Source: Takakia lepidozioides
Taxonomy: Eukaryota; Plantae; Bryophyta
Length of the DNA: 64,000 nt
Assembly (NCBI GenBank): GCA_030704615.1
Contig: CM060732.1
Span: 44,144,001-44,208,000 of the forward strand
Direction: 5' to 3'
The first letter of the stretch is position 1. Each line of letters starts with the position of its first letter. The notes beneath the pieces are model-generated. The model saw nothing but the letters and a program-made list of their open reading frames with translations. It searched no databases and was not told where the DNA came from. The position numbers and the translations under genes were made by a program. This document shows, in pieces, positions 14,113 to 28,204 of the stretch.

Positions 14113-14145
14113 TGGCGTAACTAAGAGCCACTTTACTTTGTGGCT
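14113..14145 (+). repeat. Dispersed short repeat, copy 2
   Basis: ctggcgtaactaagagccactttactttgtggct matches 5670-5703. Confidence 0.65.
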
Positions 14146-14382
14146 TTAGTCCACTTTAGCTACAAAGCACCTCTCATGAACACTACCATGCAAGAGGAGC
14201 AAGCCTCCAACACGATAGTGCAGCCTTCATGACTCTTATCCCTGTGCAGTCTTGCACCTCGTACAAGTAGAATTATTTCCTCAAGGGAATCACTACAGCA
14301 TAATGTGTCTCGATCCATCCTGCTCTACTAAACATTTAATATGGGGGTGAAGTGAACATATCTATACTACAGTGTAAGTGAA

Positions 14383-16995
14383 TTAACTAACTCGATAGTT
14401 CAAGAACATTTCCAACTTTCGTAAATGCATTTCTCGACTCCCATACAAGGTTTTCTTCTGGCTGAGCCAATCCCTTTCGGCAATGGCAACCCCTTTCACA
14501 CCCCCTGACCCAACCACCATCTCCTCCCCAAACACAGACACAATTTGATGGATGGAGATGCTCAGCACATCGGCTATGGCATAAGCCTTCTTATGCATCA
14601 CTTTCCGCTTACCAAAAGGAAAACCCTTCCGTCGGCCAATGTCGATGTAGGCTCCTCTTGATGGCATTGTCCACTTGATGCTGTTAGGGCCTGCCAAGCT
14701 TGCCCCTGTTGAACTGCTACGGCGCCCTAGGTAGACCTCAACCACGAGCAGGCATGACAGGAGTGAGGAAAGAACTGCTATGTTACAGCCACTCAGTTGG
14801 GCAACGCCATATCGGTCCTCGGTCCGGGACATTGCTGTAAGAGATGCCGCACTTTTTGCACACCAGGCACAGAGCTGGAGATCAAGCACACCAAATATTT
14901 GCAGTCAGACCTATGACAAAGTGTCTTTGAAGATATCTCATCTGACTGAAAGTTTGTAAAATGAAAATTAACATTTCTAAAACTAGGCATGGTTTTACAG
15001 ATGTTGATCCCTAGTAACTCGAAAATGCTGATTGACCACTCGGAGAGTTCTTTGGAACCATACTCTACATAATGTTCAAGGATCCAGCAGACAAGGAGAT
15101 CACACACCTGAAAGTCTCGAAAGGTCTCTTTGATGATGCCACCTTGTGGTCCCTTGTCACCCCCAGGCGGTTGCTTTAAGGATTCCCCAGCCTTCTCTGA
15201 TTTGAAGGTCTCCAAGCCCTTAGCAAGTCTCAATGTGAGATCGTCCAGTGGTCTCAAACATGCCCCAATCACACTCTTGTAAGTTTCCCCTGTCTCTTCG
15301 AAGAGGGCTTCCCTTCGCCATGTGTCCACATTACTTTCAGAAACAATGCACAAATCAAGGGAAGCGAGGTGTTTAATCAATGTTTGATTGTCTGCCTCCT
15401 CTAACACCATCAACAACTGCTCACTGGGCTGTGATTCTGCCACAGGAGAGCCAAGAGCAGGTGCAAAAATGTGCCGCCTTGTGAGTATCACCTAAATTCA
15501 CAGGAATTTTTCAGCATGTTAAGTCCAAATTCTACATGTTGGTACAAAAACATAGTCCATCCATAATGAATATTTCACCCATTTGGAACAGCTAGATAAC
15601 ACAGTCAATCTCTGCTACTCCTACAGCACAGCTATGGTGGTAGAGTCCATATAGTACCTGGACCAAATGATGGCAAAATTCCCAGCAGACAACTGCACAG
15701 AAAGCCCCTGCCACAAACACAGATTGATGCCACATCCAAGAAGGTAACTTGCTTGGGATGCTGCTGATGGAGTGGCCTGAATTGGCATGACTGATACCAA
15801 CAAAAATTTCTGAAATTGGCAGCACAGCCATAGCCAGCTTCACGCCCATTTTAACTGCTTCAGGAATTCCCATTTTCAGGCTGAAGAAGAACCTCCTCTG
15901 CAACATGCAGACAGGGGTATCAGTGACAGTGTCCAATTCTGATTATCCCAGCATACGAAACACTCCCACAAATCTGAGTTAGGAGGACCAACTTGTACAT
16001 TATGACGTGGATTCCGGGTTTTTATGACAATCATACTGTTCAGGCCCATATGATAGTTTTTTCACTCACCATAACCTGGAGGATTTCCTGATGTGGTCTA
16101 AGGCATAGCCTATGTCTGCCTCATCGCCCTGGGCAGCGGAACCATTAGTGAAAGGGCCATCTTACTCCAATCGATATAATAAAGATTGGATTACTGCCAG
16201 AGAGGTCCACAGGGGCGCAATCGTTTACAAAGTTTCCATGTGAGCCAAGCAAAGAGTAATGTACAGCCATGATAAGGGATCTGGATGGCAAAGCACAACT
16301 GGCATCATAGCCTTAGACCCTGACCATTGCAGGCTATCAGCATCAATGCACAACAATAGTATGCAAACGAACAATCCAGGCATTTCAAATGCAGGGTGCC
16401 CGGTGCCATAGTTTGAAAGTTTAACCTGAATGATTGGAAAAGAGAGGGTGAATTTTCTTTTATGAAGGTGCAGGCAGGCGTAGCAAAGGCCCAGAGAAAC
16501 TCCTCGCAGGCCAAAGTCGTAAGAGTCTGGACCCATGAAGTTCGACTGTAACGAACTGGTGAGAGCAAAAAGCGACATAAAACCAGATATGCCGCAGAGA
16601 AATAGAAACGAAAGGTGATCTCGTGTTGCCTTCATCTTCTCAAACAGCAACCGTATAGCGTGTCCCTCCGACGTCGACCCGGCCACAGCCTTCCATGCAA
16701 GCTTCAAGACCCCCGTGAGCACATCTGACAACGAGGCAACCTCTTTCTCTTGCGGCGTGGTAATTAACCACTCCCCTAGCAGAAACAAAAGCTGTGATGC
16801 CTGGAAGATGAAGAACCCAAAGCAGGTCCACGCTGAGGGCACCAAAATAAGGCCTCTTCGGTAAGACTTCCCGAAAGTTATCGAAGGAAAGAGGAGTTGC
16901 CACAGCAGCCAGACAATCGAAGAAACAGCTGCGTGCCAGACAGCGCACCGCAACCACCGTCTTCTCTCTACCCCCCATCCCAATGTCGCCGCCAT
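14383..16995 (-). CDS. NDC1: Nucleoporin NDC1 (plant type)
   Basis: 4 exons (about 16995-16426, 15898-15658, 15491-15109, 14874-14383); multi-TM N-terminus, LSFPIIQ|RRFFFSLKMGIP, LTRRHIFAP, WRREALFEETGETY, SRTEDRYGVAQLSG. Confidence 0.88.
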
Positions 16996-17628
16996 AGTTG
17001 GCCGTGTCAAATGCAACCCGAGACCGATACTAGGTTTCCTCTATGCATCTGCCTCGGATGCTCACTGCATGGAATGCTGCAGCCGCATGGAAAACAAAAC
17101 TGCAGACAGGATGAGGATCAGATAGTGCTAGCAAGTTGATAAAGAACGTCCGCAGGACAGATGAAATGGTGCTTGAGATGAAGGACGAGAACCAGACCGT
17201 CAGAGGAATATAGCACACAACCCACCATAACTACACTGCAAACAGCATCAGTTGCAATACTGTAAGATCATTGCAACGCCTTTCAATCTCACAGGGAAGG
17301 CTTTGAAGATCGAAGACATGAGCGGGGAATCCATATGCAACACCAGGGCTTTCAATGGAATCGGAGGCGGGAAATGAAACCCAACTTTTCTCTACCAGAC
17401 GTGGCGTCATTATGTTGGGTGATATCTAGAAGACTTTACTCAAATTCTTTATTCTGCCATTCATTTGAACCGGTAGTGCCATCCTACCCGACCTGATTTT
17501 TCGGTCCTCAAGCTCGTATATTTTGTGGTACTGGTTCCTGATTGTCAGCAGATTTCCAGGATCAGCATAGTTGTGTATTCAACCCTTGATCTGCGTCCCT
17601 AGCGACGTTGGAGTTTGATTGAGGGACT

Positions 17629-20600
17629 ATGCCACTTCTGAGATCATTGGGTCTCCCATCTTTGACACCCAAAGTGTTGGCATTCTTTGCTTCCGAAGGC
17701 ATCATCTCAGGTCCGCACAAACCATCACTTGGAAATTTCCACTCGGATTCGTATTGTTGCTAAACATCCACTTGAATCGGATTCCAGGTAAAGAGCTGTT
17801 CGATACTACTTTCTAGTACTTGTTATGGAACCCAGAGCAGCTTGAACTGATCCGGATAATGAATTAGTGTGGAGTGCACGCTTCCTTGTGGAAATTGCCG
17901 CCTTAGATTTGAAAGGTCGAAAACCCTTGTTAAACCCTCACAAAATCATAACTGGAAAATCACATTCCGATTATTTGCTTGTCGTTTCTTATTTACATTT
18001 GCTTAACCTCGCAGGTATCTCTTACATGGATAGTTCACGTGGTGTATCCGGACAATGAAAGTTCATAGAAATGTGGAGTAAAGGTTGTGAATTCGATGTT
18101 GATTTTGTCTCACCCCTCCACGCACTGTCCTTCCCTGGAACCCTGTTCGAGGAAGATAACATCAAACGTAGTGAAAGTTCATTTTAGCTCAAAATTGCTC
18201 TTACTTTGCCAAATTTTGATACGTGGTGTCTTTGGTGGGCGCAGTGGAGGACTTTCTGCTGGCAGATATGTGGAGGTTGGAAGTTCCTGGGAATCATGAA
18301 CAAAAACAGGTATATTTGGACTTGAATGTAAAGCATACAAAACCTACGAAGAGGAGTTCAGCAAGAGATTCCCCTGTTAAAAGCCATCAGAGAAGACCTA
18401 AGACATTGTCCTCCTTGATGATGCCATAGCTTGCGGTACAATTATTTTGGTGATGGTTAGGCAGATCTTCAAATATGTGGTCCTCACTGAACGCTAGAAT
18501 TGTAACCAGTAAATCACTAACTACCTGCCAGTCACTCAAAAGTGGTCTGAGCTATGGGTGGAAACCCTATGGTTGCAATGTATCCGCATTATAGATACAA
18601 ACCTGGCCAAGGGATGAGCCATGAATGCTCCCTGATGGGAGGTCCTTCGTGATGAATCACTTCTTTGAGCAAGTGACACCTGACAAATTGTTTGGAGTGG
18701 CAGTCCTTTACTTCCTGTTGGCAGTCGTGTGCTGGACATTGTAACACCACGCCGGACACCAGATGTATGGGTTTTTGACAATTCTCTGTTGTGGACACTT
18801 CATGTCCATAGGAGTTTTGTTCATTTGTTAAATCAGCACAACCAACACTAGGTCACAAGAGATTTCTATTATCCCATGCCTATGGTTGTCACAAACGTCA
18901 GGTAGATGGCATGCCAAGGCAATGAGGTTATTGACTGGGAAGGCATATGGAAAGTTATGACAGTGACAGCTTAAATCAGGGAGTCACAGAGATCCTGGAA
19001 TATCTGGAACGCCAATCATGGGGGTGGCGCTCTGGCTATGACATGCTCCAGCAGCTGGAGACTTTGGGCATCCAAGACCTCTCTACTGGTTGCAAAAGGT
19101 AACAAGAACTGATGTGTTGATTTAATTGATCACGCAAACTGCGATTTGTTTTCAGTATCCTTTGTTCAATCCTCATGGTATCGGTAGAATGACAACTAAT
19201 GACAGGATGAACTCCCACTTCAGTAGCTGATAGCTCTTTAGGCTGAAGATTCAATGCTCAGATCACAAAGGTGTACTTTCTATTCATAAGAGTAACTTTT
19301 TTGAGATGGGAGGACCTGGGCAGCTTGGACGACCTGTTGGGGGGAGGTCTGCGAGAAGGAACAGTGACTGAGTTGGTGGGAGCCTCATCCACGGGTAAAA
19401 CTCAAGTCTGCTCTCTTTCCCCTTTCCCACTCTCCTCTCGTACTCTCTTTCCTTCCCTTGAACAAAAAGGAGTTATGTCCAGGTTCGATTTCCACTAATT
19501 CACTCCTCAGAGCCACAGTGGCTTACTCCTCGTCTAAATGTTTTTTTATTGTAGTTGTGCATGCAAGTGGCAGCAAGTGTGGCCTATCAATGTCGAGCTA
19601 TGGTTGCTTATGTGGACACTTGCCACTCATTTTCTTCGACACGTATTGCCCATATGTTGGACGGTTTGGTGGGTTCCAGAGAGGGGATTCAGGTGTGTAG
19701 ACACCCCGAGTGTTTGTTTTGAAATTTCTCTTTTTTACAACTTTCAAGCGGACATCAGGTTTTTGTTAGCTGAAGATAAAAGGGAGTACTTTCTTACGTC
19801 TTGCTCAGGTGTTTTTCTGAGCCCCCTCCGCTTTCAAAAGGCACGCATATTCCCTCATGCTAAGGAGGTTTACAGCATTCTGAGATCCACTTGAAGCTGT
19901 TGAGAGAACAGGTGCAAGCACAGTTGCGGTTTTGCTCCACCTTTTGCATTGCTTGGAGAACTAACAGAACTCAGGGCAAGCAGCATATTGCACTTGGTGG
20001 GGGTTAGCTGGCAGGAGCAGCTGGTGATTTTGAGCGAGTGATGAGAGGGATCCTACGCTTCAACATCTTCAACATCTTCTCAATGACATCTCTTCTACAT
20101 GAGCTCCATGCTGACATTGGCACCCGATTCCAGGTACATTGAGCTAACATTTGTTAGATTGATGTATTCAAGTGTTGAGAGTAGGCCAGAGCTTACTTCG
20201 GAAATGCTTTATGGATATTGTGGTTGCAGGGCCCAGGTGAGTTCGAACATTTGCGTCTTTTGATTGTAGACTCAGCTTCGGCAGTCATTTCTCCAATTCT
20301 TGGTGGCAACCAAACTCAAGGTAGGTCACTCATTCTCTACTTCCTTGGCCCTCTATCTTTCTTGTTTCGTTCTTCCTGTTGTCCCATGAGCTCTTTGAGC
20401 TTCCTGCGTACATTATAAAGTACCATGTCATTTCATTTCTCAGTCACCCTGCCAGCTAAGAGTTGTGACTCTGAGGATGAGATAGAAGAGTTTGTACTAC
20501 TGTTGAAACGGCAGTGTTATTGTTGGTAGAGGGCCTAGTCAGTTTGATTTCAAAGCGCAGGGTGCATCTAGTTACCATGTGAGTGGTCATTGACATTTTC

Positions 20601-21733
20601 AGAAATTTGCAAACAGGGCATAGCTTGATGGTGAGCTTGGGAATAATCCTGAAGAAGCTGGCCCTTGAAAACCATCTGGCCATCCTGGTAAAAACAGACT
20701 TCTCCACTCAATCTTTCACCTACGTAAACAATGAAGTCATGATGTTATACATTTAGTGGTACTTAATGAACCCTGTCCGTCATTCAGAGGTTGATAGTCA
20801 GATTGTTGCATTTGTTTCCTTTTTCTTTCAGCATGAAAGGATCTAATTCATGTTTATGTTATTACTTTGGCTTTACCATCATTGGGGTTGATTTGCTATT
20901 TGATCTAGTGGCTCCCACAGTTGATTACATTGGGATCAGTTCTGCTGTCAAGCTGTTAATTGTCGTCACCATTTGTGGCATTGTTGAAGGGTTGAGTGTT
21001 ACACTATTGTTGACTTAGCTACAATAAGTTGGTGGGGGGGGGGGGCGGTGGGGGCGTTTACCTACCAATGGGTACACTGCTCGTACGTGAGAAACTGTTG
21101 CCGGTCTGTACTCTCTGCTTGTGAAATGAGGCGTCCCAAGTCTCGAAAACACATCGAGTTTTCCTGCAAAGAGTCGCGTTCTCCCTTTGTTAGATCAACT
21201 ATTGATAATCACACCATGAATTGAAATCCTGTGCTTGGCTGTGCCCAGATCACAAATCACATGGTCGCAGGGGAAAGCAGGCAGCCAAAGCCAGCCCTGG
21301 GGGAGAGCTGGAAGTCAATGCCTCATGTCCGGTTATTGCTTGCACGAGATTCCTCTAGCAATGTGTGTCAGGTGTCTGTGATCAAGCATAACTCGATGGT
21401 ACGCCCTTGGAAGCTGGTGTTGATTGTCCTGCATCTATTTTGAAATTCAACAGTTTTTTTTTTTTGGTTTCCCACTCTCTCTCTACTTCTGTCCTTTGGG
21501 CAACCCACAGACTGAATAGATTTCTTTCTTTCATTTCATTTCTCTTCTGTCTTTCTCCATCTGGGCCACCTTTGCACATAGCAGTAAAGCATGTGAAGTA
21601 TGAGGAAAGATTTGCCCTTCAGTTGTTGGTCGTTGATGAGGCTAGGCGATGTATGCAGGCATGCAATAGGCACGCAGCCTTCCGCATCACCAATACAGGC
21701 CTGCAATCTGTTCCAGAAAATTTCAATGGTTGA
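17629..21733 (+). CDS. RAD51D: DNA repair protein RAD51 homolog D
   Basis: About 10 exons (17629-17710, 18245-18309, 18980-19098, 19324-19405, 19555-19691, ~20015-20133, 20231-20320, 20617-20687, 21249-21408, 21659-21733); [33 protein letters not shown] (Walker A), LLIVDSASAVISPILG, TNHMV..KPALGESWKSMPHVRL. Confidence 0.93.
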
Positions 21734-21957
21734 CTAGGAGGCCCTGCCAACAAGCATCTGTAGCTCTTGCACTCCTTCCTTGTCTGGAATTCTGACATCC
21801 TGATTCCATGTAATATTATTTGTTAAATAAAATTCCAATATTAGTCAGAATTTTATTTTAATGTTTTCTTTAAAAGGCCCGAGATACTCTTATCAGTTAT
21901 CAATGTATCATTGATCAGACTTTATTTTTCCTTCTAATTCAAAAAAGATATGAGTGC

Positions 21958-22095
21958 TTATCAAGATTTGAACCCAGAAGGTAGGCAACTGTTCTTCTAC
22001 CAGTTGAACCGTAGGTCACACTGCACTGTGGTTTGAACTTTGAACCCAACGTTCACTACTTGGGATACTGGTAGTCAAGATTTGAACCCAGGATC
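21958..22095 (-). mobile_element. Degenerate tRNA-derived SINE head(s)
   Basis: Minus strand reads cggttcaactggtag (A-box-like) ... ctgggttcaaatcttga (B-box-like); tcaagatttgaacccag occurs twice (about 21961 and 22075). Confidence 0.45.
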
Positions 22096-22966
22096 AGATT
22101 ATTAGGTTAACAAAGAGTTCCCCCCAAATTTCCATATTCAAGCCTTGTTCGCATATTCGGAAGATCGTGAGGGTCTTGTGGGTTTGAGCCCAGAACCTCA
22201 GCGGCCTGAAGGGCTAGAGTGTGCAGCCTAGATTTAGAGACAGTAGGTTAGGGCTAATTAACTGTTGGATTTAACTAACTGGTCCGCAAGCCTGGACGTT
22301 GAAAACCAACGCTGCCAAGACCGCTCTTCTTCCTTCTCTCCCACACAATTTCTCAAGAGCTGCATGTCGTGTCATGTGATTCTGCTGACTGTCTACTCAC
22401 ATTCCCACAACTCATTCTTTCTTTTTTCAAGACAGGTTTGATGCCGTTTGTTATTTATCTGTCTCTATTTCCCATCTCTGTTTCCACCATTTCAATTTTA
22501 TCTCTTTCGTACATGTCTGCCTCCTGTAATGAGAATGTCCGTCTCTTAATCCATGCCGGCCTCATTAAACTGAACTGGAATTGGAGTTGATCAAGTAGAA
22601 AACTCTCACCTTGGTGGTGACGCATTCGCCATGGTAATACTCTGCTACTATACTTCTATGCTTGACATGAGACTCGGTGAGCTTCCGCCTACATTGTTCC
22701 TAGGCAGGGTTCCTCTTTTCCAGGATTAACTGGATGTTAATCGGCTCTTCTATACGCTGGCTTCGGCCAGCGTCCTCTCTCTCTAGTTATCGTAGGTGTT
22801 CATATTGTGAGTGTCTACGGCAGAAGAATTTGCCTCAGATTTTCTAAAGATTCAGAATAAGGTTGGACTCCTTTGTTTCGCTCAAAAACCTTCCCAGGAA
22901 AGGAAATGAAAGAGTCTGGCTTGCTTGCTATGGAGGGGACAAGATAAAATCTGCAGAAAGTAGGGA

Positions 22967-25900
22967 TGGCGACAAAGGAGGGACTGCTTTGGGTGCTTAA
23001 AGAGAGCCGTGAAGTGTGTGCGAGACCGTGAGACGGCCATATTTTCGTTTCGTAGAGAGAGATAGAGAGAGAGAGAGAGAGATGTGCTGGAAGAACCAGA
23101 GTAAAAGCTGAGTCAGGGGAGGTGGAGCGAGTGCAGGAGTCACGAAACGATGGGGCACGGTATGCGTTCATTGTGCGATGGTTGGATCCTCTGACAGAGA
23201 TGGTTTGGAAGTATCAGTTCTTCTACCATACAAGCGACAGGTCCATTGAGATGGTTTGTCCCTTTGTTATTCTTTCTCATATGCCTTCGCATATCAAACA
23301 AGAAACCTTTGGGAACAGGTGAATAACATGCCACTGTTTCATGTCCCTGACCAGCATCTTTTCCTCTATCTCACTCCGCACACATATCCATAGAGAGTCA
23401 GAGGAGATAAAGAGACTACTGCACTAAATAGAAGTGTATGGATTGTGCAGTATGACATAAAACACCACAAAGTGTTTCTCAGGAGGGTAGCTTACCCAGC
23501 CCTTACCATCGAGCAGCTTTTCATAGGTTCGACCCTCCTAGTCTACACACGCAAACTCCTTGTCGAGGACTATGGGGACGAGTTCACCAGGAAACATCTG
23601 CGAGGTTTGCAAGAAACGTACGCCTCAGCTTTTCACTCAATCCATGCCCGCCATAGGTCACAACATCGCTTAGATGCGTAGTGGAATCAGCGACTCTTAT
23701 CAAAATGTGTTCGTTATTACGGCATGATGACAAACGAAAGATGTGGCAAGGATAACTATTTTGTCGCCTCGCTTGTGGCTGGAGACTACAGCTTGCATTA
23801 TTCTTTTCGTAATGGCTAATTTCATTTCATTGTGTACCTCCAGTAGTCGGAACTAGTGCATCGGGCCTATAGACCCACTAAAATGGGGCTGGAATGTGGT
23901 GGCACTCAGGACGCTGGCGATGATAAAGCCAGATGCGATACAACACACAGGCAAGATTTTAGAGTGTATCCACAGCAACGGCTTCCTTGTGAAACATATG
24001 CGCATGTGCAAGCTCACACAGGCCCAAGCTGAGAAATTTTATGAATGTCATAAAGGAAAACCCTTTTTCCCGTAAGTCGTCTGTGTGTTCTTCTGACGTT
24101 GCCTTGGTCTTTAGCATAAAAGGTTCTGTCGCTCCATAAGGAAGCCCAGTTTAACAGTTGCAAACGATTTGTAATCTGTTGGGCACCAATACCATAATTA
24201 TGCAAGCAGAAACAGTACACTCATGGGAAGTCACATGGGGGACTGTACAGATGTCTCACACAGTTCATAGCAAGTGGACCAGTTGTGGCTATAGAGCTGG
24301 TTGCAGAGAATGCCCTTTGCCGTTGGAGGATGCTGCTTGGTAAGTGAAACTCTCTCTCTCACTCTCTCTCCCCAATTATCTCTATGGAGGTCTTGAAGTG
24401 CATGTGAGCTGTTTTCATGGTTCATGTTCTACACAAAGCACTTGTATGAACACTGCAAACAACGGTTGTGGTGGCAACCTTGAGCAAGCAATACCAGAAC
24501 GGAATGTTAAACATAAGACTTTTGGCTTAGAATATATGTGATGGTGGTGTCACATGCTCCGCCTGCAATAAGTGTTTGCTTGGTGTCTTGAAGATGTTTC
24601 CTCGTGCAAATCTCAGATGCCCATCTTTATGTTTTTTCTCCCCGTCAACAACTTATCGGTTGAGATTTTCGTTGAATTTGTCATAGGACCTTTTACTTTT
24701 TGTAACCTCACATGCATTTTGAACCAAGACCATAGAATCTTTTCTAGACTGTGTGAGCCAGCTGTAAACCACTAGGTACAGTAATCAGCTTTAACGTTTT
24801 GTTGAGCTTACTGCGTGTTTGTCAACAAGTACCCACCTCTCATGCCAGCCAAGGGAGCTGCTGAGCTTTTTCTGTTATCAAACTCAAACTCCGGCTGTTC
24901 TTCATATCGACCAGGGCCCACAAGCAGTGAAGTTGCCAAGATGAAAGCACCCTGCTCCATCCGCGGCCAGTTTGGCACCGATTGCACAAGGAACGCATGC
25001 CATGGTTCCGACTCTCATGAGTGTGCGCGTCTGGTATCCTTCTACTGTCATATACTTCTCCAGTTTCTTATGACCACAGAGGATCAACTGTACATGATCA
25101 CTGAAGACAACCCTTGCGAGGATGCTCTTTCCAGGTCTTATGTTCAGCTTAAAGAAACACGGGATAGTTAACTCATGTCTACCCCTTCGTCTTCCCGTGT
25201 AAACTTTATTTCTTAATCCACTTTTATATGTTCTCTGTCATATTGACAGCTCTGAAAACTTGCACTAAGTGTTCCTGAGACAGTATATCTTTCCCACATC
25301 TGCCAAATAGCTGTGCCTCAGAATCTTTCCATCGTTGCAAATGTAGTGTCCACAGATTCAACTCAACAATAAGCTTTCTTTATTGGAGTCACAGGTGGTC
25401 TTAACAACTTTGCATTGATAAAGAATGTGCTTCTATGAGATTTAGTCACTATCGTCCACATTTGGCAATGTCCTCCATACTAATAGCTGCCGAAAGAGAA
25501 GAGTGATATCTGCAAGGTTGTGCAGGAAACACTGTTCTTCTTCACGAGTCACAACATGGGGACTTGTGCGAGGTTTTCTAACTGCACCCTTGGGATTGTC
25601 AAACCCCATGCCCTAATGGGAGGTACCCTTTCTTCCCATTTGTGTGTAACCTGACAAAGACAGGTACAATATAGAGAAATGACTAGGAGAGGATTCTCTG
25701 CCATTCAGAAGCTCAACAATTCCCCTTGTTGTTGAGCAATTTCTAGTGGTACTCAACAATTGACTAGAGCAGTCAACCAGTTTTTTTATCTACAGTCGCT
25801 TATTATAATCACATAGACTAGCTATACAGTAACCTGGTCTGAGAATCCATTAGTTAACTTGGAGCTGGCTATAGGACCCTTCAGAGCCTGTCTAAAATGA

Positions 25901-27948
25901 TCTACCATCACCAAAAACACAGAGAGAGAGAGAACGACAGAGAATGTACTCATGCTGTTCCTTGCAAATATTGACTTGCTATAGCTTACTAGCCATTGAC
26001 CCCGTCTGGAAACTAACCCTCCTGGAGCCTTTTGTGGGGTTTGTACCCACCAGGGTTTAGAGCGAATGTACTCATAAGACGTTGTTTGCCGTAGCCTTCT
26101 GGCCATAGACCCCGGGCCCAGTTTGGGCGGAACAAAAGGGAATAGCTGCTACCTTTGTGAGGGGCTCACGCCGGTAGTGACTTACCTTGGTTGAGGAGGG
26201 TTTAGAGGGAGAGAGAGAGAATGTACTCATAAGACATTGTTTGCCGGCCTTGTGGCCATAGACCCTGCGTCCAGTTTGGACGAATACATAGAGAATAGGC
26301 ACTACCTTTGTGAGGGGCACACTCCAGTAGTGTGAGTTACCTTGATATAACAATTAGTTTGGGCTTTCCAGATATCCTCTAGAAAGCCCTTCACATAAGC
26401 ATCAATCTGCTGTGTGTGAGTAGGCCCAAAATTAGGTCCCAACAGGGCCAGGGCTTCTGGCTCAGCCTTGAGATTTTGAAAGCTGGTGAACAGAGGTGCA
26501 TGAATCATGTTCTTGATGTTCTTGAAGAGGGTCGCTCTGTGGTGAGAATACCCCAGACAATGTATCAGAAAATGGATATTGTCTTCAGGTTAGAGATCTA
26601 GAGAGACCGAGGGAGAGAGAGAGATTGTACTCATAAGACGTTGTTTGCCGTAGCCTAGGGAGAGAGAGAGAGAGAGAGAGAGAGACAGTTGAAGTATGGG
26701 TTAGGGATGCAGGTTGCGGTGGGGCCATAATAGACCGGGTATTGCAGAAGTTTGATGTAACTGCCTTGGAGATGGCCAATTTTTCACGCCCCAATGCTCA
26801 AGAGTTCTTAGAAGTGTACAGAGGAATTGTGCCAGATTACTATGTGCTCCCTCTTCCCATCTTGTCATTACTTTGGTTGTTTCATTTCATGTGTTATAGC
26901 CCTAGTATGTATTGCAATAATAGATATTATTGTTGGACATAGGAGATCATAAAATGTGGGAACATTGAGATCATTTTGAGATTGGTTAATAATGGTATCC
27001 AAACCTTGCTTCTGCATCAGGCTTGACTACAAAGGTCCATAGTCAAAAACTGGTATCATTGATGGTCATGACAAACAGCTTGGTTGATATAGTTTTGGGT
27101 CTCATGGGTTGTCTCGAGGAATTTTAGCACTGAACTGAAATTAGTATAATTGGTGGGCTGTATGGCAATAATCACAAGGCTATGACGCATGAACTTGCAT
27201 CGGGAGGCTTCATAGCCATGGAGATTTGTGATAAAGACGATCCAGAGGCATGTCCCGTTGACAAGTTTCGAGATTTTTGTGGGCCTCCTGATCCCCAACT
27301 TGCTCGTGCCCTCAGGCCACATACCATACGCGCTGAATTTGCAATCAACAAGGTACCCTCTCATAGGGTCAATCTCCTAGTCCTTTTTCACAAATTTAGG
27401 CTCTGTTCTTTCAGATTCAGGCTAGTTATAATTCCAGTGATCAACTGTCTTGTTTTAATGTCTCCCCTTTTCTTGATGCTCCTGAGCTATGGCTGTGAAG
27501 TATTCTTACAGTCCCAATCCCGGCATACTAGGTGAACCTCCCTAGGTATCAAACTCAGCCTGAACAGCCCTTGATACTCATGCATAGCCAATATAAAAGC
27601 TGGCATTGATATCAAACTGGAAAAAAAAATTATGCACTCAGCCTCCAGCATTGTACCTCTCTCTCTTCCTCTCTCCCTCTCTCAAGTGTCCCTTGGGCCC
27701 TTTATACACTGGTGGGCTAGAACCCCATGACAGCTCTTGGAGGGTTAATATCCTGCAGGAACCAGGCACCAATGGGACTGCTATAACTAACAGAAAATGG
27801 TCAATGAATACATCCTTTTTCTTTTAGAATAGACTTCACACCCGGACTCTTACACCTGCAGGTGAAGAATGCAATACATTGCACGGACATACCTGAGGAC
27901 GGAGAAATGGAGGTGCAATTTATATTTAAGCATCAATGGACACACTAA
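22967..27948 (+). CDS. NDK7: Nucleoside diphosphate kinase 7 (DM10 + two NDK domains; ciliary/centriolar)
   Basis: Exons about 23122-23253, 23451-23617, 23910-24071, 24251-24339, 24915-25032, 25526-25622, 26712-26843, 27179-27352, 27862-27948; RYAFIVRWLDP..YDIKHHKVFLRR..EDYGDEFT, TLAMIKPDA, RNACHGSDS, IVKPHA, NAIHCTD. Start exon uncertain (candidate ATG 22967). Confidence 0.93.
25920..26690 (-). mobile_element. Cluster of about 4 tandem 3'-end fragments of a (TC)n-tailed non-LTR retroelement in an NDK7 intron
   Basis: Motif 'tgtactcat(aagac.ttgtttgccg)' recurs at about 25943, 26066, 26221 and 26626, mostly preceded on + by (GA)n; 26210-26600 is homologous to 45315-45690. Confidence 0.85.
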
Positions 27949-28204
27949 TGGCAGCTCTTTCTCCCCAAGTTTCTTCCGCTCTTTCCCCTGCCCTATTCAG
28001 GGATCTGATACAAACCCTTGGGTCCTTGAACATGATGGTGATTGTGTATGCTGGCCTAGGAGACTGGCTTCCCGTCTTCTGTACTATCTGCTTGTTGGTC
28101 TGCTTGGCCAATTGAAAAGTATTCAGCTCTGGCAGATCTTCGTATGATAGTCTCAGCTCTTGCAATCCAAACTGTTATCTAGTCAGAAATGTCATTTTTG
28201 TGGT

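Noticed and set aside
21031-21056. Poly-G / G-quadruplex tract in a RAD51D intron
   Set aside because: Simple homopolymer with no supporting context
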